Below are positions 29,908-39,973 of a stretch of DNA of 64,000 nt, in pieces; the first letter of the stretch is position 1; every line of letters begins with the position of its first letter. The notes under the pieces are model-generated. The model ran no database searches, was not told the origin of the DNA, and saw nothing but the letters and a program-made list of their open reading frames with translations. The position numbers and the translations under genes were made by a program. The stretch spans positions 32,001 to 96,000 of the forward strand of contig CAXXHA010000001.1 of assembly GCA_963662265.2 (NCBI GenBank), read 5' to 3'. This DNA is from Spirochaetia bacterium. GTDB taxonomy: Bacteria > Spirochaetota > Spirochaetia > CADAEX01.

Positions 29908-31637
29908 CTTTCATCCTCCCTTATCTGCCAGTTGTCAACAAGATCCTGCTGCTCAACCATTTCCCTGTACAATAAAGACACATCCATAAGCTCATCATGC
30001 TTCCCTGAAGCAGAAATCCTTCCTTCATCCATGACAACAATCTGATCCGCATCAATGACAGTGTTAAGGTTATGAGCAATCATAATAACGGTTTTTTCAC
30101 GGCCCAGGTTTTCAATTGCCTTCTGTATAAGGTATTCATTAGCCGGATCTATCGCGGAAGTCGCCTCATCAAGAATAATAATCGGTGAATTTTTAAGAAT
30201 CATTCTTGCAATGGAAATACGCTGCTTTTCTCCGCCTGAAAGCCTTGCGCCCAGTTCCCCTGTCAATGTCTTATACCCTTCAGGAAGGTCTGTAATGAAA
30301 TCATGAATCCCAGCTTTTTTTGCTGCCTCTTCAACCTCTTCAAGTGTCGCATCCTGCCGCCCTATTCTTATATTCTCTTCAATTGACTGATTAAAAAGAA
30401 CAACATCCTGCTGCACTATTGAGAGAAGCTCTGAAAGGGCTTTTTCAGAAATTTGGGCTATGTCCCGGTTTCCTATACTTACAGAACCGCTGTCAGGCAG
30501 CCAGAATCCCATAATAAGCTGTGCCAGTGTTGTTTTCCCTGATCCTGATTTGCCGACTATCGCGTTTACACTTTTTTCCCTGAAAACAAGATCAATATTA
30601 TCGAGTATTTTTTTCTTTCCCGGATAACTGAAGTTTAAATTCCTTATTTCAATATCACCAGGCGCCGCCTCGTTGAAATATTCAGTTTTCCCGGGACATT
30701 CAACACAGAGAATGGAATTTATATTTTCTTTTGACTGGTTGAAAACAATACCAAAATGCTGAAATGTGGCAAGCCTTGCAAATGATGATGAAAAAAAACC
30801 ACCGAGTATCAATGAAAGAACAAACTGCTGAATATTAACATCCCCGCGTGTATAAAGCAGAGAACCTGCTATAATCATAAACACAAGACCGGCATCAAGC
30901 ATAAGCGAAATAACCCCAAGCGGGACTGATATGCTGCCCAGCACCTTTTTTACCCAGCTGATATAATCATTCATTCCCCCGAGAAGATTTTCAGTCTTGT
31001 TTTCTTCTCTACTGAAAGCCTTTATCACAGGTATTGTAGCAATATATTCAACCATATCCTCAGACATTTTTTTTGTACTTTCAGAGAATTTCCTGAAACT
31101 TTTTCCCCATAATTTATTCAAAATAGACCTGGAGAAAAACAGAAGCGGCACAGTTGAAAAAAGCGACACTGCAAGCCTCCAGTCAATAAAGAAAATAACA
31201 ACAAGAATTACCGCAGGGACAAATACTGTTGATACAATCTCCGGCAGGGCATGCGCGAGATAAAGCTCAACCTGCTCAACATCATGACTGATAATTTTTA
31301 TAAGATCCCCGGTTTTACGGCTCTGATAAAAACTGAGAGGCAGTTTTTTCAAATGCTCTGTAATATCAATGCGTATATCAGACAACACCTTATATGCTGA
31401 ATCATGGGCTTTCCATATTGAAAGTCCGTAAAACAGGGATTTTAAAACCAGGCATGTGAGTATGCCGGAACTGTAGATTAACAAGTGTTTCAATCCAAAT
31501 ACTCCCGCTGCCAGATCTCCGATCATCAGTACAACAAGTACAAAAGGGACAATTCCCAGAACAACACTGAAAAGAGACAAAACAGAAGATGTCATGCTTT
31601 TTGATTTAATATCCAGACCGGAATCACAGCTCTTCAT
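29904..31637 (-). CDS. ABC transporter permease/ATPase, IrtA/YbtP-like (second pair)
   Basis: AHDSAYKVLSDIR, GKSGSGKTT, LSGGEKQR. Confidence 0.9.
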   Translation of the reverse strand: MKSCDSGLDIKSKSMTSSVLSLFSVVLGIVPFVLVVLMIGDLAAGVFGLKHLLIYSSGILTCLVLKSLFYGLSIWKAHDSAYKVLSDIRIDITEHLKKLPLSFYQSRKTGDLIKIISHDVEQVELYLAHALPEIVSTVFVPAVILVVIFFIDWRLAVSLFSTVPLLFFSRSILNKLWGKSFRKFSESTKKMSEDMVEYIATIPVIKAFSREENKTENLLGGMNDYISWVKKVLGSISVPLGVISLMLDAGLVFMIIAGSLLYTRGDVNIQQFVLSLILGGFFSSSFARLATFQHFGIVFNQSKENINSILCVECPGKTEYFNEAAPGDIEIRNLNFSYPGKKKILDNIDLVFREKSVNAIVGKSGSGKTTLAQLIMGFWLPDSGSVSIGNRDIAQISEKALSELLSIVQQDVVLFNQSIEENIRIGRQDATLEEVEEAAKKAGIHDFITDLPEGYKTLTGELGARLSGGEKQRISIARMILKNSPIIILDEATSAIDPANEYLIQKAIENLGREKTVIMIAHNLNTVIDADQIVVMDEGRISASGKHDELMDVSLLYREMVEQQDLVDNWQIREDER

Positions 31638-31683
31638 CCCCTACCCCCTTTCTTTCATGAATTATCATATAAACCTCCTTAAT

Positions 31684-31735
31684 TACTGAACAACAATTCA
31701 ATTTTTGCTCGTTATTATTGAATAAGCGTTCAATA
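31684..31735. promoter_or_regulatory. Putative TetR-2 operators upstream of the ABC pair
   Basis: TATTGAAT-AAGC-GTTCAATA (31716-31735) and weaker TACTGAAC-AACA-ATTCAATT (31684-31703). Confidence 0.65.
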
Positions 31736-31757
31736 TTGATATAAAAAATTTTGCTGT

Positions 31758-32326
31758 TTACAAACCGGCAGTCCCGTACAGATGCTGCTTTATCAGGAGC
31801 CTGAACATCATCCCTGCCCATTCCGGGTCAACATAATGGCGGGCTATCTCAAAAACCCCCTCCATAAAGTTAGTTGCAAGTATGTGATAAAATATTCTGT
31901 CAAAAACTGCTGTCTTTAAGCACAGGTGTTTTTTTAAGATGCCTTGTAACATCATCAATAAGATCATCCTTGAATCCCGAGTACAGACTCCCGGAACTCC
32001 TGTCGACCAGTATTACAATTTCCAGGTGATACCTTGATATGCATTTAATAAATTTGGGGTAATTCGTATTCAAAAAGGTTTTCTTCCGGAATATCTGACA
32101 CAGGCTCTGATTCTATTATTGACTTCAAACCGGAATATGCGGGATAAACAACCTTCGAAAACAGGTCTTCCTTGTTTTTGAAGTAGGAATATATAAGTCC
32201 TGTAGGGATTCCGGATTTCTCTGCAATATTTTTCATTGTTGTAAATTTATATCCATTTGAATAAAACATATCGCGGGCAGCATCTTTAATCCTGTTGTAT
32301 ATTTCTTCCTTCAGTACCTGTGCCAA
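31758..32326 (-). CDS. TetR/AcrR regulator (TetR-2), interrupted by two +1 frameshifts
   Basis: MAQVLKEE...HTH. Removing one base at 32056-32059 and one at 31902-31906 gives a continuous ORF (...IVILVDRSSGSLYSGFKDDL...DSSFDRIFYHILATNFMEG...). Confidence 0.8.
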
Positions 32327-32343
32327 ATTGCAACCTTCTTCAA

Positions 32344-32363
32344 TATTGAATTCTCATTCAATA
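32344..32363. promoter_or_regulatory. Putative TetR-2 autoregulatory operator
   Basis: Perfect arms TATTGAAT-TCTC-ATTCAATA just upstream of the start. Confidence 0.7.
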
Positions 32364-32594
32364 TAAAACTATTAAATACAATCGTCAATCACTTTATAAT
32401 CACCGATTCAGCAGGCAGATGTCAAACTGCCTGCCTGGGGAACTGTCTGTGCCTTGTAAAGATAAAAAAGCAAAAGGCTACAGCTTCTGTAAGGCGTTAT
32501 CCCGGCCGCAGACCACACAACCCTGATCCCCAAAATAAGCACAGAATATCAGATCCGACCTGCAAATATTCCATGAAAATAATTTTATATCCTT

Positions 32595-33484
32595 TTAATA
32601 TGTTGCTGTAACATTTTCATCAACCGCAACTATGTAATCAGCTCTTCCAATATATTGCTCTTCCAGCTTCCCCACTTCTGCCTGAAGAACAGTTGTAAGA
32701 GTCTTTATACCTGCCCCTGGAATCTGTTTATTAATATACCAGATAATTGATTCATGATTATCTGAATGATAAGAACCGTTAAAGTGGATGAACAATTCCC
32801 CTTCTCTGCAGTTATTCAACACAATTATATGCCATAGAAGCATCCTTGACTGCCTGAGCCTCGGCAAGATGTAGTTTTTTTTCAGATCCAATCATGTTTT
32901 TCAGCTTCATTCCCATCGAAGACCCTGATATGTTTTTATAGCAGGGAAGATCACTGTCAAAAAGAACAGGCAGGGGTGGAATATATTTCTTTGCTTCATC
33001 GCTTAGAGACTCAAGAGAATCAAGCCCCCTGTAGTTCACAAATGATGCATAACGCCTCGGAATATTTGTTGCAATAAAACGAATCCCATTTTCACGGGCA
33101 AAGGTGACTATCGGTTTATAATCCGTTGAATAATTCGGCCAGAGCCTCATATTATCCTCAAACCGCTTTTCATCAATTATTCCGGCAAGATACTCATCAA
33201 GAATAAGCTGATTATCTGTCTCAAAGAATTCTGCCCCGAGAACAATGTCTTTTTTAATCCTGTAAAGGTCTTCTGATATTTCAAGTTCAAGCCAGTGGGA
33301 AACAGAATTATTGTGCAATTCCCCAAAAAAGAAATAATCACAATTGGCAATACCATCAATCATTTCAGAATATTTAATCCTTTTTCCCTCAATATCATAA
33401 AAGGCATTATAATTCTTTTGCATTGGCAGCAAAAGGACAAACTGCAGACATACAAAAAACTGATATAAACAACCTGAAAAACAC
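32595..33484 (-). CDS. ChaN/PhuW-family heme-binding exported protein, two +1 frameshifts
   Basis: FFGELHNN, GAEFFE, ATNIPR, AQAVKDASMA, NGSYHSD. GTG 33484 with RBS and signal peptide rejoins after removing single bases at 33416-33419 and 32823-32824. Confidence 0.8.
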
Positions 33485-33517
33485 TCTTCCCCCCTTATCT
33501 ATTTGACTATCTGTCAC

Positions 33518-33586
33518 TTGACAAATTAACGAACAATGTTCATTATTCATATATATAAGTTTATTAGTTATATCTAATCATGTCAA
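33518..33586. promoter_or_regulatory. Face-to-face/overlapping promoters of chaN and MATE with a TetR-1-like operator and a DtxR-type box
   Basis: TTGACA (+) 33518, AACGAAC-AAT-GTTCATT 33528-33544, TATTAG-TTATAT-CTAATC 33562-33579, TTGACA (-) 33581-33586. Confidence 0.7.
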
Positions 33587-33628
33587 TGCAACGACAGTAT
33601 AAGTTAACTATTTATAAAGCAGGTAAAT

Positions 33629-35018
33629 ATGAAAGATATGAGAAAAGATCTTCTTGAAGAAAGCATGGGGAAACTGTTCATAAAAATGGCAATCCCGGGA
33701 ATGGCAGGTATGAATAGTCATTGGACTCTACAACCTTGTAGACAGCATCTTTGTAGGGCAATTCATAGGTCCGGAGGCTGTTTCCGCGGTTACAATGGGG
33801 TATGCGGTAATCCTTGTAAACCAGGCAATCCTGAGTCTTTTTGCAACAGGAGCAACATCTGTATTTTCAAGAGCACTCGGGGCAAATGACAGAAATACAA
33901 TGAACAAGGTATTTGGAAATGTCTTCTGGCCTGTGTCATTTCTCTCACTAATCCTTACATTTTTCACATATTATTTTGCAGAGGAAATACTGCTTCTTCT
34001 GGGAGCTGAAGGGAAAATACTTGTTCTGGGAATTGAATATATGAAAATACTGTCACTTGGTTTCATATTTGGAGCACTTGGACCTGCGCTGAATTTCCTT
34101 ATCAGGGGAGAAGGAAAGATGGGCAGTGCCATGAAAATAATCGCTGCAGGGACAATTATCAACATAGCGCTTGATCCTGTATTTATCATCGTCTTTGGGA
34201 TGGGAATCAAAGGAGCCGCTGTAGCAACAATTATAGGGCAGGCTCTTATAGTTGCAGGTGACTTTATCCATTTCTTTTCAAAGAACAGCTCTATCAGTAT
34301 TTCTCCGAAAAGTTTCAGATTATCATTTGACATAATGCCGGAAATAATAAAAATCGGCATATCAGGAATGTTTATGTCTATCGCTGTTGCTGTTCAGCTG
34401 TCAATACTGCTCTCTCTGAGTTCTGTTTACAGCATTTCAAGCAATATAGTTATGAGCGTAGCTTTCAGAGTCATGAGTTTCTTTTATATTCCTATTTTCG
34501 GTATTTCATACGGGCTGCAGCCTGTAATAGGAGCCAACTACGGGGCAGGATTATATGAAAGAGTGAGAAAATCATTCTTCTTTTTCTTAAAAATATCTTC
34601 TGTTATTTCAGGTGCTCTGTGGCTCTTTTTCCAGCTTTGCGCCCCTTTCATTCTTTCATGCTTTATAACAGATACTGAAATTGTAGCAAAGGGAATTGTT
34701 CTTTTCAGAATATTCATGTCCAGTTTTATTCTTTATGGTTTTATTGCATTGGCAATAATGCTCTTTATGGCTATTGGAAATGCCGGCAAGGGAGCACTGC
34801 TGACAATGGGGAGACAGATATTTTGCTTCATTCCTCTGGCATTCATACTCCCCAGACTGATGGGAGAAAAAGGGGTATGGCTTTCCTATCCTCTTGGAGA
34901 TTTACTTGTAACAGTGTTCGGACTTATAATTGTTTCAACAGAATTAAAGATGCTTAAAAAAATACAATTACAAAAATCAACATCCCCCGCTGCAAGAAAC
35001 AGGGATGTTGATCTGTAA
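33629..35018 (+). CDS. MATE family efflux transporter (MepA-like), +1 frameshift near 33713
   Basis: MAIPGMAGM|IVIGLYNLVDSIFVG restored by removing one A; NIALDPVFI, GIKGAAVAT, QPVIGANYGA. Confidence 0.85.
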
Positions 35019-35203
35019 GGTATTGTTTGTATGACAGTATTAGTACACTTCGGACACAATGTACTATCAAAGCCATACAGTAAAATATAAAAACAGGCAG
35101 CGTGCGGGAGTAATGGCCGCATTGTAAGCGGCTCCCCCGGAAAAGTTAAGACAAGAAGTTAAAACCTTATTAAACACGCCCTGCGAATAAAGGAGACTGA
35201 ATA

Positions 35204-36217
35204 ATGTTTTTGCCTGAACTTTCAATTGATTTTAAGAAACTATACGATCTTCAATACGGAGGGATTAAAGCATGGCTTCTCATGAATGCAGTTGAATTAA
35301 ATATTTTCAACCAGACAGAAAGCTATAATTGTACGGAAAATATAGCTGAAAAACTTAATCTTCATAAAGGCAATACAGAACTGTTTTTAAATGCGCTCTG
35401 TTCTTTAAAGCTGCTGAGAAAAAAAGACAACTGCTTCATAAACACAGAACTGTCAAGCACCTTTCTTGTTGAAGGAAAAGAAACCTATATAGGTGCTTTT
35501 CTTATTATGAATAACGAATGGATACTTCAAAGCAAACAGCAGATGAAGGATTTTCTGATAAAAGGTCCCGGCTCAGGATATAATGAAACTACTTTCTCCG
35601 ATGAAAGTTTTAAAAAACATACCAGAGCTATGAGAGACTTTTCCCGTTCCGGGCCATCTCAAACAGTTTCAGAAATAATAAGCAGACTCCCTGAATTTCC
35701 AAACATGAAAAAAATGCTCGACCTTGGAGGAGCTCATGGAATTGACAGTATTGCAACTGTTCTTAAAAATCCCGGGATAAAAAGCACTGTATTTGACAAG
35801 CCCCCTATTGCAAGAACAACTGAAGAAATAATCCGGGACTACGGAATGGAAAAAAAGATAGATGTGATGGCAGGAGACTATACGACTGATTCAATCGGGA
35901 ATAATTATGATCTTGTTTATGCACGGGCGACATTCAACTTCATAAAAGACAACCTTAATCCTGTATTTAAAAAAATATACTGCGCGCTGAACAAAGGGGG
36001 AGTATTTATATCTCTTCATGACGGTTTTTCTGAAAATAAAACGGCACCGGAAGATATGGTTATCAGCTGGTTCTCTTCTTCAATATCAACATATGATTTT
36101 TCAATGCCGCAGGATCTGGTAGCAGATAAAATGCTTGAAACCGGTTTTAGAAATGTCCATACAAAAACGCTGTCTCTTTCAATAGGGACCATGGACCTTG
36201 TTATTGCAAGAAAATAA
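35204..36217 (+). CDS. SAM-dependent O-methyltransferase (dimerisation + Methyltransf_2 domain)
   Basis: AVELNIF N-terminal domain, LDLGGAHG, FDKP, AGDY. Confidence 0.85.
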   Translation: MFLPELSIDFKKLYDLQYGGIKAWLLMNAVELNIFNQTESYNCTENIAEKLNLHKGNTELFLNALCSLKLLRKKDNCFINTELSSTFLVEGKETYIGAFLIMNNEWILQSKQQMKDFLIKGPGSGYNETTFSDESFKKHTRAMRDFSRSGPSQTVSEIISRLPEFPNMKKMLDLGGAHGIDSIATVLKNPGIKSTVFDKPPIARTTEEIIRDYGMEKKIDVMAGDYTTDSIGNNYDLVYARATFNFIKDNLNPVFKKIYCALNKGGVFISLHDGFSENKTAPEDMVISWFSSSISTYDFSMPQDLVADKMLETGFRNVHTKTLSLSIGTMDLVIARK

Positions 36218-36275
36218 TTTTTTTCAACAAAAGAATAAAACCTGATTGTTCAGTTATTTCATTACAGCTAAACTT

Positions 36276-36318
36276 AAACTGCCTGGCATAATATTTTTCT
36301 TAAACCAGGCAGTTTTTT
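36276..36318 (+). terminator. Intrinsic terminator after O-methyltransferase
   Basis: AAACTGCCTGG...CCAGGCAGTTTTTT. Confidence 0.7.
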
Positions 36319-36452
36319 ATCTTTCAGCTCCCTCCCTGTATTTTATTTACAGGAGACTGTTTTCAGCTTATAAACATTACACTTAAAAAGTTTATAAAAA
36401 TCTCAAACACCCGCTGTTGCGGATTTTAACTTAGATTCCCGCCCATACAGAC

Positions 36453-36800
36453 TTATTTGATTATGCTGTTCACAATTAAAGGGGCAGCTTTTACTCCCGC
36501 GATAACAAACAAAGCGATAATAAATGTCTCAAATCCGGCCTTCACATTTATACCGCCCATTATTACCGCGGCACACAGATCTGTCAGAACACAGACTGCC
36601 AAAGCGCCGGCAATTCCAAGTTTACCAAAAACCATTACCATCAGCATTAGAATAGGAATGGAACATAATGTCCCTGTTAAAACAATCATAAGTACAGATG
36701 AATTTGTGTTTTTAGATATAAGAGGAAGCATTCCGGCCATTCTGGGACAAACAACAAAAAAACCAAATGAAAGGCTTGCAAGAAGCAGTTCTTTTGCCAT
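36453..36800 (-). CDS. Small integral membrane protein, unknown function
   Basis: AGGAG RBS, ~4 TM segments, VCPRMAGM motif. Confidence 0.7.
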   Translation of the reverse strand: MAKELLLASLSFGFFVVCPRMAGMLPLISKNTNSSVLMIVLTGTLCSIPILMLMVMVFGKLGIAGALAVCVLTDLCAAVIMGGINVKAGFETFIIALFVIAGVKAAPLIVNSIIK

Positions 36801-36972
36801 AAAAACTCCTTAATAAATAGTATTCTATTTCATTATTTAAAATTAACATTAAAAAGAGCCGGAAATTTATCCGGCCCTGATCTCATATTTTTAACAGTTA
36901 ATTCAGTACCTTAGGGGATCTCAAAAAACGCTTTAGCGTTTTTTTCCATGAAGGCCCCATCTACCTTATAAC

Positions 36973-37467
36973 CTATTTAATAAGATCTTTTATTTTTTCA
37001 GCCCATGCCTCGACTCTGCCTTCTGTAAGATCAGACTGGTTGTCCTCATCAAGCGGAAGCCCGACAAATTCTCCGTCTATAACAGCAGCTGATGATGAAT
37101 ATGAATATCCGTCTGTACTGCATTTACCCACTATATGTGCCCCTGTCTCAACAACAGCTTCATAAATAATACCCATTGCATCCACAAAAGTGTCACCCCA
37201 TCCTTCCTGGTCTCCAAATCCGAATAAAGCGACATTTTTTCCTGAAAGATCACAATTCTTCAGAGTATTGATTCCTGATTCCCAGTCATCCTGAAGATCC
37301 CCTGCTCCCCATGTTGAGGAACCGAGAACAAGAGATGAACAGCTGTTGATAAATACCTCATCAACATCTGAAATGTTTTTCACTTCAGCGCCGTTGATTT
37401 TATCAGCAATTATTCCGGCTGCTCTTTCTGTGTTTCCTGTTGATGATCCATAAATAATACCAACCAT
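36973..37467 (-). CDS. fldA: Long-chain flavodoxin
   Basis: YGSSTGNTE, STWGAGDLQDDW, FGFGDQ, FVGLPLDEDNQ. Confidence 0.92.
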   Translation of the reverse strand: MVGIIYGSSTGNTERAAGIIADKINGAEVKNISDVDEVFINSCSSLVLGSSTWGAGDLQDDWESGINTLKNCDLSGKNVALFGFGDQEGWGDTFVDAMGIIYEAVVETGAHIVGKCSTDGYSYSSSAAVIDGEFVGLPLDEDNQSDLTEGRVEAWAEKIKDLIK

Positions 37468-37544
37468 ACAAAACCTCCGTTGTACAGCAGATAACCATTA
37501 CAGGTTATCTGCAATTATTTTATTTTTATTTATTGCTTCTTTCA

Positions 37545-38489
37545 TCAGCAGACAGCTTTTATCTGCTCGCTTAAAGTACTAACAGCTGTATTTTTCAGAT
37601 ACAGAATATTCTTATTTTCCTTTTTGCATATTTTTTTCATTGATTTACAGGCTGAATGACTGATACAGTCAAGGGCACAGATAACAATATCTGCCTTAAG
37701 AGCTGTAGATGACAGTTTCTTCTTGGAATCTTCAAGACCTCCGTCATGATGAACGAAAAGGCCGTTTCCGGATTCAACAATTTCCCGGCAGTATTCTTTA
37801 AGCTTTTTACGCCCTCCCACCAGCAGTACTGTTTTACTTGAAAGATCAACAGAACTCTTTATAGAATCTATTCTATTTTTATATTCACAGTTATTCTGTT
37901 CAAAACAGCTGCATTCATCGTCATATTCAAATCCTTCAACACTGCAGTTTTCAAACTCAAGCCTGCTTATCTCTTCCTTCAGAATCATTTCATTGATTTC
38001 GTATTCTTCAATTCTGTTTTTAATAGTTTTTAAATCGTATTCATTTTTCCTGATAATGAAATCTTTTTCCTGCAGGTCTTTCTCAAGATGATTGATTTTT
38101 GTTTTGTAATTACAGGCTACTGTTTTATTCTGATCATGCTGTTCTGTCTTTATTAAATTATTTTTCCTATCCGCTCCATTCTTACGCTTCACAAATCTTC
38201 TGCACTGTATGATAAGATCATACCCAAGCATTGCGCCCAGAATAAAATCCTCGGTATCAGAAAGTTTATCAAGCTCAAGTGTTTGGAAATTACGAAGAAC
38301 ATTTATACATTCTCCGGCACCGAAAAATACATTTATTTTCTCAGAAGAAACATCATCAACAATATAACTTATTTCATGTTTTTCAAGCTTATCAATAATT
38401 CTTTCTTTTTCACTTACAGGGCCGGTGTACAAAACAAGTTTTCTCAACCCTTTTTTATATTCATATATGTGATGCACAAAGATCTTCAT
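37545..38489 (-). CDS. DUF2023 - coiled coil - DUF2325 fusion protein
   Basis: N-terminal HHIYEYKKGLRKLVL...EDFILGAMLGYD...QC.R; C-terminal LLVGGR...HHDGG.E...DCISH.AC...K..CKK. Confidence 0.7.
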   Translation of the reverse strand: MKIFVHHIYEYKKGLRKLVLYTGPVSEKERIIDKLEKHEISYIVDDVSSEKINVFFGAGECINVLRNFQTLELDKLSDTEDFILGAMLGYDLIIQCRRFVKRKNGADRKNNLIKTEQHDQNKTVACNYKTKINHLEKDLQEKDFIIRKNEYDLKTIKNRIEEYEINEMILKEEISRLEFENCSVEGFEYDDECSCFEQNNCEYKNRIDSIKSSVDLSSKTVLLVGGRKKLKEYCREIVESGNGLFVHHDGGLEDSKKKLSSTALKADIVICALDCISHSACKSMKKICKKENKNILYLKNTAVSTLSEQIKAVC

Positions 38490-39118
38490 CCATTATCTCC
38501 TTACTGCTGATATATCTTCCCAGAACATTAACCATTGATTCAACAACTTCACTGGAGTATTTTATCCCTGCCTCATTTTTTATCATCCTGACTGCTTCAG
38601 CGGGATTTACAGGATCCTTGTAAGTCCTGAAAGTTGTCATGGCATCATAGGTATCAGCAACAGCAATTATCTTAGCCCCGGTGCTGATTTTATCACCACT
38701 CAGTCCGCAGGGATAACCGCTCCCGTCAATCCGTTCATGGTGCTGAACAACTATCTCTGCAATTGATTCAAATCCAGGTATATCTTTCAGAATTTTCCAG
38801 CCTATCCTTGAATGCTCTTTTATAACTTCATACTCACAGTCTTTCAGACTTCCTGTTTTCAGCAAAATACCATCAGGTATTCCAATCTTGCCAATGTCAT
38901 GCAGATGCCCCGCAATGTGAAGACCTTCACAACTGCTTTTTGACAACCCCATATCTCCTGCTATAAGCTCAGACAGAACAGCCACCCGGTCTGAATGACC
39001 AGCTGTATACTGATCCCTCGCCTCAAGAGCATTGGTCAAACTCTCCAGAAAACTGTGAAAAGTTATCCTGTTGATATTGAAATCAGCCACAAACCATATC
39101 CATATTAACTACTGTCAT
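38461..39118 (-). CDS. HD-GYP domain phosphodiesterase (probable c-di-GMP PDE)
   Basis: ARDQYTAGHS, LHDIGKIG, HHERIDGSGYP, VADTYDAMT. The RBS-backed ATG 39118 is out of frame by one base (AAA 39091-39093); in-frame GTG at 39090. Confidence 0.85.
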
Positions 39119-39149
39119 AAGACTCCCTTAAATATCCATGTCACACTAA

Positions 39150-39184
39150 TAAGTTTTTACTATTTTTGTTAGTCTTATCTAATT
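39150..39184. promoter_or_regulatory. Tandem DtxR-type boxes upstream of HD-GYP/DUF2023/fldA operon
   Basis: TTAG-TCTTAT-CTAA (39169) and TAAG-TTTTTA-CTAT (39150); TTGACA (minus) 39205-39210. Confidence 0.75.
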
Positions 39185-39303
39185 TTATATACTACATCTC
39201 GTTGTGTCAATATTTATTTGAAAGAATAATTACTTAATCATAACTTCGACAAATATTCCTGATGAAACTCAGGCTATGATTATCCGTTTTTTTAAAAAAA
39301 AGC

Positions 39304-39339
39304 AAAAAAAGGGCCGGATATAATTATTCCGGCCCTTTT
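39304..39339 (-). terminator. Intrinsic terminator
   Basis: AAAAGGGCCGGA...TCCGGCCCTTTT with an A-tract on the plus strand. Confidence 0.7.
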
Positions 39340-39615
39340 CTATTTAAAAATACTTTTTTAATTCCGAAAAGATACATTTTACAGGAAACATATCCTTTCA
39401 CCTCCATTTCATGTCTGCAGAAAATAACGTCGGCACTTTTCAACGCAGCCATCATGGAGACCAACACAATAAGAAAATTCACAAGCTGATAAAAATGTGC
39501 ATATGGGGCAACATTTTCATCTGGCACTAACAACCTGTATAGCTGCAGAAAACTTCCGCAGCTGTCAGATCTATATCTTCGGGACGGGAAAATCCCGGAA
39601 GAAACTGTTTAATTT

Positions 39616-39792
39616 TTATTTTTTTAAATCCTTACAGGTGCAATTGTCTCCGCAGCATGTTCCCTCGCTGCAGCTGCACGATCCTTCACTGCAGCTGCAG
39701 GAACTTTCTTTTCCTGTAAACAGCCTGTATGACCGTCTGAGCAGAAATACAACAGCAATTGTTACCAATCCACCAACTAGAAATATTTTCAA
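39616..39792 (-). CDS. FeoB-associated Cys-rich membrane protein
   Basis: TTG start after GAGGAG, one TM, then SCSCSEGSCSCSEGTCCGDNCTC. Confidence 0.75.
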   Translation of the reverse strand: MKIFLVGGLVTIAVVFLLRRSYRLFTGKESSCSCSEGSCSCSEGTCCGDNCTCKDLKK

Positions 39793-39807
39793 AACACTCT
39801 CCTCGTT

Positions 39808-39844
39808 TATTAGACACATCTTATATTATTAGTTTATACTAACT
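39808..39844. promoter_or_regulatory. Tandem DtxR-type boxes
   Basis: TTAG-ACACAT-CTTA (39810) and TTAG-TTTATA-CTAA (39829); TTGACA (minus) 39859-39864. Confidence 0.8.
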
Positions 39845-39973
39845 CCAAAACTATAAGATGTCAACAAAATATTTTCTTTAAGCCCAGTCACTATTTTTAA
39901 TATTATTTAATAGCAGTTATTATAAAATATCCAGCTGGTTTTAACCTTTCGCACTGTAAGTATTTATAACTAT

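Noticed and set aside
39324-39533. 69-aa ORF downstream of the Cys-rich peptide gene (likewise 42538-42753)
   Set aside because: No RBS or recognisable motif; runs into a terminator or overlaps feoB.
39650-39705. CTGCAGCTGC repeats
   Set aside because: Encode the SCSCSEG duplication in the FeoB-associated peptide; not an independent element.
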